30,207 bases of DNA from Candidatus Sericytochromatia bacterium (GTDB lineage: Bacteria; Cyanobacteriota; Sericytochromatia; S15B-MN24; JAQBPE01): NCBI GenBank assembly GCA_040400605.1, contig JBBAPZ010000029.1, positions 1-30,207 on the forward strand, written 5' to 3'. Both the position numbers and the translations under genes were made by a program. This document shows positions 1 to 7,633 of the stretch, one piece after another. Below the pieces are notes generated by a model. The model had not been told where the DNA came from. It searched no databases and saw only the letters and a list, made by a program, of their open reading frames with translations. The first letter of the stretch is position 1. Every line of letters starts with the position of its first letter.

Positions 1-2
1 GG

Positions 3-170
3 ATCGACAGCCTGCCCGCCCAAGAGCAGCGCCGCCAAAGTGTGCCCATGCAGCGCTACGGCACCAGCGAAGAAGTGGCCGCGACCATCGCCTTTTTGGC
101 CTCGGATGCTGCGGCTTACATCACGGGCCAGAGCTTGCGCATTGATGGTGGGTTGATGCGTTCGCTTTGA
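3..170 (+). CDS. SDR-family oxidoreductase, 3' end only (gene starts before the window)
   Basis: Frame from nt 3 reads IDSLPAQEQRRQSVPMQRYGTSEEVAATIAFLASDAAAYITGQSLRIDGGLMRSL*, a typical SDR C-terminus (P-x-x-R-x-G...FLAS...YITGQ...DGG). Confidence 0.85.
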   Translation: MDSLPAQEQRRQSVPMQRYGTSEEVAATIAFLASDAAAYITGQSLRIDGGLMRSL

Positions 171-254
171 TACACCCGGGCGCGCACTTCGCCTGCTGAG
201 TCAAGGATTGCAAAAATCACACCGGGCGGGATCGGCCCAGGGCTGGGTATGGAC
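165..254 (+). repeat. Left copy of a 90-bp imperfect direct repeat flanking the catabolic cluster
   Basis: Aligns without gaps to 28449..28538 (73/90 identical). Perfect blocks: gggcgcgcacttcgcc (178..193) and ttgcaaaaatcaca (208..221). Confidence 0.92.
201..254 (-). pseudogene. Orphan 3'-terminal fragment (17 codons plus stop) of the DUF6671-type gene
   Basis: Minus strand reads VHTQPWADPARCDFCNP*, against VNAQPWADPARCDFCNP* at the end of 28485..29342. Similarity stops at nt 254. Confidence 0.85.
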
Positions 255-449
255 TTCCAGTCCCGATACAACGCACTCTTGGGCAACAAAAGTCCGGCCT
301 CGATCACGGGGCTTGATGCGCTGGTGCCGAAGACTGTGGTGACGTCAGTGCATGCAAGACACCCAATCGCGCGACAACCCAATCCTGACCCATCAGGGTG
401 ATCACCGTGGGCTGTTCATCAAGATAATGATGGAGGAACGCCAAGGGGT

Positions 450-1205
450 TCAGGTGGCCGGCTCAAAGCCGAGTTTCTTGGAGACCTCTAGCGCTGCGCT
501 TACAAGCTCAGGTGCCAGTTTTTCGATGACGGCGTCAGTCAGTCGGCTGGCGGGTCCGCGGATGGCCAGGCAGCCTTCGATTTCGCCACGGCGACCAAAC
601 ACGCCCGCTGCAAGTGCTCGGATGCCGGCAACACACTCTTCGTTGTCCAGTGCCCAGCCGCGCACCCGCACGCGCTTGACCTCGGCGCGCAACTTATCAG
701 GGCTGATCAGGGTGCGCGCGGTGACGGCTGGCAACCCGGTCACCAGCACTTCGTCGAACAGTGAATCGGGCCCGAAGGCCAGCATCACCTTGCCAGATGC
801 GGTGCTGTGCATGGACTCTGCATCACCGACGTTGGCCGCAACGCGCATGGGTTGACGGCTTTCCAGGGGCAGCGATACAACCGTTTCCGTGCCGCGGCGC
901 ACAACGAACATGACGGTTTCGTCACACAGATCGCGCAAGCTCTCCATCCATGGCCGCGCCACCTCTCCTGCCGGAACTTGACGCAGGTTGTGGCTGGCCA
1001 ATTCAATGAGGCCAGGCCCCAGTCGGTATTTCTTGGTGGATGGGTCTTGGACCAGGAAGTCTTCCGCTGCCAAGGTGCGCAGCAAACGGTAGGCAATCAC
1101 CTTGTCCATGCCCAAGAGCCGAGACACATCGCTGGCACCCAGGTCACCTGCGGCGGGCGTGAATTGCTTGAGGATGGTCAGGGCTTTGGCAACGGTCTTG
1201 CTCAT
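450..1205 (-). CDS. IclR-family transcriptional regulator
   Basis: N-terminal HTH (TVAKALTIL...LGMDKVIAYRLLRTL...YRLGP) and IclR C-terminal signatures (HSTASGKVMLA, VRVRGWALDNEE); 251 aa. Confidence 0.95.
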   Translation of the reverse strand: MSKTVAKALTILKQFTPAAGDLGASDVSRLLGMDKVIAYRLLRTLAAEDFLVQDPSTKKYRLGPGLIELASHNLRQVPAGEVARPWMESLRDLCDETVMFVVRRGTETVVSLPLESRQPMRVAANVGDAESMHSTASGKVMLAFGPDSLFDEVLVTGLPAVTARTLISPDKLRAEVKRVRVRGWALDNEECVAGIRALAAGVFGRRGEIEGCLAIRGPASRLTDAVIEKLAPELVSAALEVSKKLGFEPAT

Positions 1206-1689
1206 GGGTGTTCGTGTCCAAATAATTTCACTTCAGGATGTCGCAAGACAATGATTTGGCACAACTTTTGGGGATTCAAGTCGGGCTTCAATGGGATGGT
1301 TGGTTCAATGACGGAAGGTGTTTTTCTTTTGCACGGAAAGGACCCATAGGCCCACGCACACAGCAGCGAATGGGTCTTGTGTAACGATAATTGTAACGCT
1401 CCAAACTGTCCAAAGCCTTCCAAGTGGTTGCGGTCCAGCGCCGTTGCCCCCTGCCCTCGTTGGGTTGTTAACCCAAGAGGTGCCAAACACCATGAGTGAG
1501 CCCCTTTCCGGCTGGACGACAAATGAGCAGCAGCTGTTGACGTTTTTGACGAGGGCGATACCGGTGGCACTGATCGAGTTGATCACAAACTGCGTGGATT
1601 GAAACCCACGGGGGTGTGGTGGTTTCAGCGGTTGAGGTCCCGGAACTCTTGATTCATGCTTCATTGATGAATAACAAAATTTGCAAATA

Positions 1690-1706
1690 AAGAAACGGCA
1701 TTTCTT
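1690..1706. promoter_or_regulatory. Palindromic operator-like site, copy 1 (AAGAAA-N5-TTTCTT)
   Basis: aagaaacggcatttctt in the AT-rich divergent intergenic region. Its reverse complement AGAAATGCCGTTTCTT resembles sites at 1839..1854 and 12491..12506. Confidence 0.55.
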
Positions 1707-1828
1707 AATAAGTAATATATAACAATTTATGGAGGTTTTACCAAGTACAAATTGATCTAAAGAAGTAGCTTTTATGGGCAAAACAAGGTTGAGAATGTGT
1801 CGCAGGTGACAAGGGGCTAAAAAAATCA

Positions 1829-1858
1829 TTGCTTTTAAAGAAATGCCATGATTAAAAT
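1829..1858 (+). promoter_or_regulatory. Putative sigma70 promoter of module 1, with operator copy 2 in the spacer
   Basis: TTGCTT (1829..1834), 18 nt, TAAAAT (1853..1858). AGAAATGCCATGATTA lies at 1839..1854. Confidence 0.5.
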
Positions 1859-1922
1859 TAGTAAATGCATGGGTCAATGACCCCTCCTTCAACCATGTGA
1901 CGACAAGGCCGAGATTCAAGCC

Positions 1923-2915
1923 ATGAAAGAGAACCCCGGGGACAACCGTCCCAGCCCGGCCGAACGCCTGGCCATCTATGAGCGAATGCTGCTGATCCGC
2001 CGTGTTGAAGAGCGCCTAGGCGCGGACTTCAAGGCGGGCAAGTTGATTGCAGGCGTGCACCTTTACAGCGGACAGGAAGCAGTCGGTGTGGGTGTGTGCC
2101 AACACTTGCGCGACGCCGACTGGATCGCCAGCAACCACCGTGGGCATGGTCACTTTCTGGCCAAAGGCGGTGACGTGCGGGCCATGATGGCCGAGATCCA
2201 TGCCAAGGTAACGGGTGTGTGCAAGGGAATGGGCGGCACCATGCACGTGGCAGATTTGAGCAAGGGCATCTTGGGCGCCAATGGCATCGTCGGCGGTGGC
2301 ATCAGCCTGATTTGCGGTGCGGCCTACTCGCAGTCGCTGCAGGGTGATGGCGGCGTGTCTGTCGCTTTCTTTGGTGATGGCGCGTCCACCCAAGGTGTGA
2401 TGAGCGAGGCCCTCAACCTCAGCGCCCTTTGGAAGCTGCCCATGATCTTCATCTGCGAGAACAACCTGTTCTCGGAGTTCTCGCGTTCGGACACAGTGGT
2501 GGCTGGTCGTATCGTGGACCGCGCTGGCGCCTACGGCGTTCCGGGTGTGCAGGTCGATGGCAATGACCTGGATGCAGTGTGGGCCGCCGCCAGCCAGGCC
2601 GTCCAACGCGCCCGCAACGGAGAAGGTCCCAGTTTCATCGAAGCCTTCACATACCGCATGTCCGGGCATGTGGAGGCCGAAACCGGTTTCCTTCAGGGTG
2701 CAAAGTACCGCAGCGAAGAAGAAGTTCAGTCCTGGGTTGAGCGCGACCCGATCCAGCGACAAAGGGCCCAACTCTTGAGTACTCAACAAGCCACGTTGGA
2801 CCAGTTGACCGACATCGAAGCCCGCGTTCTCGCTCAGGTCGAAGACGCCGTTCAATTTGCCATTGACAGCCCGCCGCCTCCGCCAGAGCAAGCGCTGCAA
2901 TTCATGTTCGCCTGA
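1923..2915 (+). CDS. TPP-dependent dehydrogenase E1 alpha subunit (acetoin dehydrogenase AcoA/PdhA-like)
   Basis: HLYSGQEA, HRGHGH, GANGIVGGG, TPP-binding GDGA...ENN motif, TYRMSGH. Confidence 0.95.
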   Translation: MKENPGDNRPSPAERLAIYERMLLIRRVEERLGADFKAGKLIAGVHLYSGQEAVGVGVCQHLRDADWIASNHRGHGHFLAKGGDVRAMMAEIHAKVTGVCKGMGGTMHVADLSKGILGANGIVGGGISLICGAAYSQSLQGDGGVSVAFFGDGASTQGVMSEALNLSALWKLPMIFICENNLFSEFSRSDTVVAGRIVDRAGAYGVPGVQVDGNDLDAVWAAASQAVQRARNGEGPSFIEAFTYRMSGHVEAETGFLQGAKYRSEEEVQSWVERDPIQRQRAQLLSTQQATLDQLTDIEARVLAQVEDAVQFAIDSPPPPPEQALQFMFA

Positions 2916-2929
2916 GGGAGCACCAATCT

Positions 2930-3910
2930 ATGGCAAAGAAGAGAATTATCCAGGCGATCAACGAGGCCCTCGTCGAAGAGATGACACGCGACGAACGCGT
3001 CATCCTATTCGGCGAAGATGTAGAAATCAGCCTTTTTGGTGACACCCGTGGCCTATCGCAGCGCTTTGGGCCAAGCCGCATCCGCAACACACCGATCTCA
3101 GAAACACTGATCACTGGCATGGCGCTGGGCGCGGCCGCTGCAGGGCACCGCGTGGTGGCGCACATGATGTTCGCCAATTTCACCTACACCGGATTCGACT
3201 CCATCGCCAACCAAGCGGCCAAGTTGCGCTACATGACCGGGGGGCAGGCGCGTTTGCCAGTGACCTACGTGGCAGCCTACGGTGGTGGGCGTTCGATTGC
3301 TGCACACCATTCCGACACGCCCTACCCGTTGTTGATGAACTTGGGCGGTATTCGAGTGGCTGTCCCCGCAACACCCGAAGATGCCAAGGGACTCATGAAG
3401 TCCTGTATCCGCAGCGACAGCCCATCCTTTTTCCTGGAAGCCGGTGGCCGCGGTGGTGAGATGGGCGAGGTGCCCGATGGCGATTACGTCACGCCCTGGG
3501 GCAAGGCTGCGGTGCGTTGCACGGGGGGCGACGTGACCGTGGTGGCGATCGGCTCCATGGTCAAGCTGGCCATGGCTGCGGCAGAGGTGCTGCGCAATGA
3601 ACACAGTATCCACGTCGAGGTGATTGACCCGCGCACGCTGGTTCCGCTGGATGAAGACTGCATCCTGAGCTCGGTCGAAAAGACAGGGCGTCTGGTCTTG
3701 GTTGATGAGTCGCGTGACAGCTGCAGTGCCGCCAGTCATATCGCCGCCATCGTCGCCGACAAGGCATTCGGATCGCTGCGTGCCCCCATTCGCCGTGTGA
3801 CGGTGCCGGATGTTGCCATGCCATATGCCCCCAATTTGGAGCGGCTGGTGATGCCCAGCGTCGAACGCATCGTCGCCACCATCCAGCAACTGAAGGACAG
3901 CCGTCCCTGA
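2930..3910 (+). CDS. TPP-dependent dehydrogenase E1 beta subunit (AcoB/PdhB-like)
   Basis: GEDV, NTPISE, NQAAKLRYMTGG, DAKGLMKS, EVIDPRTLVPLD, SVEKTGRL; RBS ggag upstream. Confidence 0.95.
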   Translation: MAKKRIIQAINEALVEEMTRDERVILFGEDVEISLFGDTRGLSQRFGPSRIRNTPISETLITGMALGAAAAGHRVVAHMMFANFTYTGFDSIANQAAKLRYMTGGQARLPVTYVAAYGGGRSIAAHHSDTPYPLLMNLGGIRVAVPATPEDAKGLMKSCIRSDSPSFFLEAGGRGGEMGEVPDGDYVTPWGKAAVRCTGGDVTVVAIGSMVKLAMAAAEVLRNEHSIHVEVIDPRTLVPLDEDCILSSVEKTGRLVLVDESRDSCSAASHIAAIVADKAFGSLRAPIRRVTVPDVAMPYAPNLERLVMPSVERIVATIQQLKDSRP

Positions 3911-3915
3911 AACCC

Positions 3916-4164
3916 ATGAAAGTCAATCTCAAACTCTCCCGCGTTGGCATGAACATGGAGTCTGCCACCATCAGCGTCTGGCACAAGAAGCCCGGTGACA
4001 TCTTTCGCAAGGGCGAAACGCTGTACGAAATTGAAAGTGAAAAAGTGACCATGGAGGTGGATGCACCTTGCGACGGCAAGCTGTTGTCCCACACCGTGGA
4101 GGCAGGCAGCGAAGCCACTGTGGGTGGCAATGTGTGCGTCATCGATACGGATCTTTCAGCATGA
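3916..4164 (+). CDS. Stand-alone lipoyl-domain protein (82 aa)
   Basis: Single lipoyl domain: W-x-K-K-P-G-D, lipoylation motif EIESEKVTMEV, APCDG. The stop follows directly after the domain. Confidence 0.9.
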   Translation: MKVNLKLSRVGMNMESATISVWHKKPGDIFRKGETLYEIESEKVTMEVDAPCDGKLLSHTVEAGSEATVGGNVCVIDTDLSA

Positions 4165-5498
4165 ACACCAGAGATCAAATGAATTTCAAGCTCGGCTTGC
4201 GAACGCAGGATTTGGTCGAGCGCGCTGCGCGTGTCATGCCAGGACGGCAGAGCAATCTTCGTGCGCTGCCCGAACCTCCGGTATTCATCGATAGGGCGGT
4301 GGGTCAAAGGCTGTGGGACGTCGATGGCCGTGAGCTGATCGACTTTGCCATCGGCATGGGCCCTGGTATCTGGGGACACGGCAACCGCGAATACCAGGAC
4401 GCCCTTCATGCGCAGCTGGAAAAGTTGTTCGTCGTGGCCTCGGGCATGCTGCAGACCGAGCCTGAAGTACAACTGGCGGAGAAGATTGTCAGCCACGTGC
4501 CTTGCGCCGACCGTGTTCGATTTGTGACCACCGGTTCAGAGGCAGTGCAGATGGTGGTGCGTTTGGCGCGCGCCTTCACCGGTCGGCGCCTGTTTGTGCG
4601 CTTTGAGGGCCACTACCATGGCTGGCTTGACAACGTTCTGGGCGGCCGGGTCAACGATGAGCAAGGGGCCGATCCTTATGCGCTGGAGAACCCAGCGGAC
4701 CCCATGCACACCGAAGGGCGCGCTGAGTTTGCCATGCGCGAATCCTTCAAGATTCCATGGAACGATGCAGACGCCTTGGAAAACCTGCTCAAGACCCATG
4801 GCAAAGACATTGCCTTGGTCATGATGGAAGCGGTCATGACCAATGGTGGCTGCTGCATCCCACGCCCCGGCTACCTCGAGCGGGTGCGAGAGCTTTGCAC
4901 TCAGTATGGCGTGGTCTTTTGCATTGACGAGGTCATCACAGGCTTCCGCATGGGCCTGAGTGGTGCCCAGGGCCATTACGGCGTCACCCCCGATTTGGCC
5001 AGCTTTGGCAAGGCCATTGCAGGCGGCATGCCGCTGGCAGCTGTAGCAGGTCGGGCGGACATCTTCGAGCTGCTGCGTTCCAACTCTGTGGTGGGTGCAG
5101 GTACTTTCAATGCAGCCCCGATGAGCATGACAGCGGGCCTGACCACCATGCGCATGCTCGAGCGCGACGATGGTGCGGCGTACCGGCACATTGACAAGAT
5201 GCAGTCGCATTTCATGACCGAATTCAAGCGACTGGGCAGCAAGCACGGACACGAGCTGCTGGTGCAAGGCGTGCGAGGCGTGTTCTGTGCCCACTTCAGT
5301 TCGCTGCCGGTGGCGTACTCTGCACGCGACCTTGCCGAACATGCGGATCGTGAAAAGGCACGCCGACTGCGCTTGGCGCTGATTGAAGAAGGTGTCTATG
5401 CTGGCCGAGGCGACCGCTACTTTGTGTCGGCTGGTCTGACGGCGGCCGATCTGGAGGACGGATTGGCCAGACTGGATCGTGCGCTGGCGCGCATCTAA
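4161..5498 (+). CDS. Class III PLP-dependent aminotransferase (glutamate-1-semialdehyde aminomutase-like subgroup)
   Basis: WDVDGRELIDF, TGSEA, FEGHYHG, DEVITGFR, PLP lysine in FGKAIAGGMP, GTFN. ATG at 4161 overlaps the upstream TGA (ATGA). Confidence 0.92.
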   Translation: MNTRDQMNFKLGLRTQDLVERAARVMPGRQSNLRALPEPPVFIDRAVGQRLWDVDGRELIDFAIGMGPGIWGHGNREYQDALHAQLEKLFVVASGMLQTEPEVQLAEKIVSHVPCADRVRFVTTGSEAVQMVVRLARAFTGRRLFVRFEGHYHGWLDNVLGGRVNDEQGADPYALENPADPMHTEGRAEFAMRESFKIPWNDADALENLLKTHGKDIALVMMEAVMTNGGCCIPRPGYLERVRELCTQYGVVFCIDEVITGFRMGLSGAQGHYGVTPDLASFGKAIAGGMPLAAVAGRADIFELLRSNSVVGAGTFNAAPMSMTAGLTTMRMLERDDGAAYRHIDKMQSHFMTEFKRLGSKHGHELLVQGVRGVFCAHFSSLPVAYSARDLAEHADREKARRLRLALIEEGVYAGRGDRYFVSAGLTAADLEDGLARLDRALARI

Positions 5499-5516
5499 AC
5501 AAGGCAAAGACTGTTC

Positions 5517-7166
5517 ATGAGCAACGCGCAGCCAACAACCCATGTGTTCCGTCAGGAACCCAGTGTGATGCCAAATGCGGATCCGGTTGCGCCGATGGCC
5601 TTGGTGCTGTCAGTCGACGTGAACGTGGCGGGAACCCTGGAACTGAAGGCGGAGTCTGGGGGGGTGTCAAAGCATTACAGCTGGCAGGTCGAATCCGGCG
5701 TCAAGTCGCTGCCGGTTGTCGGGTTGAAGCCCGCTCGGCCATACCGCCTGGAAGTGTCGCTGATTGACGAGCAAGGGCAGCGGTTTGCGGCAAAGCCGCT
5801 GACGGTGCAGACACCCGCGCTGCCGATCAGCAGCCTTGACTTTCCCCCGCTGCGCGTGAACCGTGCGCAGCGAGGACGCATGGAGCCCGGACTGACGCTG
5901 TTGAGCGTGCGCCGACGCGCACTTGGGCGATCACATCGGATGACAGCCGAGCAACGTCGATTCACCACCGACTGGAGTTTGATCCTGGCGCTTGACGAGG
6001 ACGGTGAGATCGTGTGGTTCTACCGCAGCCCTGCACGGATTTCCGGTGTGGCTGTATTGAAGAACGGTCACTTGTTCTTTCACACGACACGAAACAGCCC
6101 GATCGAAATTGACTGGCTGGGGCGCAAACTGCGTTGCTGGGGTGCTGCCCTGGGGCCTGCCCCGATGCCACCTGGTGCTGTCCCGGTACAGGCGGTGACG
6201 CTGCATCACCAACCTGATGCGCTGCCCAACGGCAATTTCCTGTCGCTCAATGCCGTGCCACGCCGTATCGAAAACTACTACACGAGCGAGATGGACCCTA
6301 CGGCACCAAGGCAGGCGCAATGGGTGATGGGCGACGAAGTCATCGAGTTCACCCCGGAAGGTGAAGTGGTTTGGCGCTGGAACTGCTTTGACCACCTCGA
6401 CCCGTTCAAGATCGGCTACGACACATTCTGGTCATATTGGTGGGTGCGCGGTTTCCCGGACCACTTGGACTGGACGCATGGCAACGGTGTGCACCACGAT
6501 CCGCGTGATAACTCGGTGCTGCTGTCGCTGCGCAACCTCGACGCAGTGATCAAGATTGACCGATCGACAGGCCAAATTCGTTGGATTTTGGCGCGCGACA
6601 TCGGCTGGTCAGAGCCCTTGCGGGCCAAGCTGCTCAAGCACGTCGGGCCTGATTTCATCTGGCCGAGCCACCAGCACAACCCGCGACTGACACCACAAGG
6701 GCACATCGTTGTCTTCAATAACAACGTGCACCAGGCGATTCCTTTTACAGGGGAGCGCGTCAAGAGTGCGTCTGAGTCACTGAGCCAGGCGGTTGTCTAC
6801 GAAATCGACGAGCAAGAGCGAACTGTGCGCGTGGTTTTCTCCACACCGACCGATGCATCGGAGGGCGCAGTGAGTTTTGCCATGGGCGACGCCCATGTTC
6901 TGCCGCGCACAGGCAATGTGCTGGTGGACTTCTCGCTGTGCTACCCCGGCCTGAACATTGAAACCTTTGATGCCAACGACCTGACACGGGTCTACCCCGA
7001 CGATCTTCCGTCAACGCCACGTATTAGGGAGTACGCCATCGACGACCCTCAGAACCCCGTGTTTGACGTCGAGGTTGTCCCGCTTCACGATTTGGTGCAG
7101 ATGGAAGTGTTCGGGGTGGCTCGGGTTGCGATTCCAGATCAAGCGCTGCAGGAGGAACAGGTATGA
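5517..7166 (+). CDS. Aryl-sulfate sulfotransferase (ASST; PAPS-independent, beta-propeller)
   Basis: N-terminal Ig-like region (P-x-A-P-M-A), then LHHQ, DWTHGN, LLSLRNLDAVIKID and QHN, matching the His, His-x-Asn, Arg and catalytic His motifs of ASSTs. Confidence 0.85.
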   Translation: MSNAQPTTHVFRQEPSVMPNADPVAPMALVLSVDVNVAGTLELKAESGGVSKHYSWQVESGVKSLPVVGLKPARPYRLEVSLIDEQGQRFAAKPLTVQTPALPISSLDFPPLRVNRAQRGRMEPGLTLLSVRRRALGRSHRMTAEQRRFTTDWSLILALDEDGEIVWFYRSPARISGVAVLKNGHLFFHTTRNSPIEIDWLGRKLRCWGAALGPAPMPPGAVPVQAVTLHHQPDALPNGNFLSLNAVPRRIENYYTSEMDPTAPRQAQWVMGDEVIEFTPEGEVVWRWNCFDHLDPFKIGYDTFWSYWWVRGFPDHLDWTHGNGVHHDPRDNSVLLSLRNLDAVIKIDRSTGQIRWILARDIGWSEPLRAKLLKHVGPDFIWPSHQHNPRLTPQGHIVVFNNNVHQAIPFTGERVKSASESLSQAVVYEIDEQERTVRVVFSTPTDASEGAVSFAMGDAHVLPRTGNVLVDFSLCYPGLNIETFDANDLTRVYPDDLPSTPRIREYAIDDPQNPVFDVEVVPLHDLVQMEVFGVARVAIPDQALQEEQV

Positions 7167-7621
7167 GAATAAAAAGCGAAGTCGACTTCTGGTCGGGTGT
7201 GGTCTTCATCGTGGTGGGCTTGGCGTTTGCAATGGGTGCCACTGAATATCGATTTGGCACATCGGCAAGGCCCGGGCCCGGCTATTTTCCGCTCGGCCTT
7301 GGACTGCTGCTGGCCATTGTGGGCATCATTGAGTTGATCGGTGCCCTGGGCCGTGAACGCAATGACGCTGACCGCATCACGTCACCCATTTGGCGTCCCA
7401 TGTTGGTCATCGTCGCAGCTGTGCTTGGAGCGGGTTTCCTCTTGCCGCGTGCCGGCATGTTGATCACCCTGCCCCTCGTCATCGTGCTCACTTGCCTTGC
7501 CACCAGCGACTTCAAATTTCGTGAGGCGTTTGGCTTGGCGGCAGTCCTCACCTTAGGCAGTTGGTTGCTCTTTGTTGTTGCACTGGAGCTGCGTATTCCA
7601 GTCATGCCGACCAAAATATAA
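7163..7621 (+). CDS. tctB: Tripartite tricarboxylate transporter small subunit TctB
   Basis: DFWSG, YRFGTSARPGPGYFP, about four hydrophobic segments; precedes tctA. Confidence 0.92.
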   Translation: MRIKSEVDFWSGVVFIVVGLAFAMGATEYRFGTSARPGPGYFPLGLGLLLAIVGIIELIGALGRERNDADRITSPIWRPMLVIVAAVLGAGFLLPRAGMLITLPLVIVLTCLATSDFKFREAFGLAAVLTLGSWLLFVVALELRIPVMPTKI

Positions 7622-7633
7622 AGAGACAAAACG

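Noticed and set aside
1257..1271. Sigma54-like sequence TGGCACAACTTTTGG
   Set aside because: The conserved -12 GC is GG, it is far from the next clear gene on that strand, and no enhancer-binding protein is in the window.
1305..1919. 204-aa minus-strand ORF in the iclR/E1 intergenic region
   Set aside because: No recognisable motif, atypical composition, and it runs across the promoter and operator sites.
1923..3910. Assigning pdhAB or acoAB gene symbols
   Set aside because: No E2/E3 or other aco genes are present, so the substrate cannot be read from the sequence.
4068..4160. Upstream extensions given by the ORF track (4068; likewise 18129, 20322, 22058, 23148)
   Set aside because: They overlap other genes or promoters or lack an RBS. 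Downstream ATGs fit RBS position and family N-termini better.
3916..4164. Lipoyl protein as a GcvH/LbpA-type sulfur carrier
   Set aside because: Its length and motifs match an E2-type lipoyl domain, and there are no sHdr or glycine-cleavage genes.
4161..5498. Calling the aminotransferase hemL
   Set aside because: The family motifs are shared with many catabolic class III enzymes, and the context is not tetrapyrrole synthesis.
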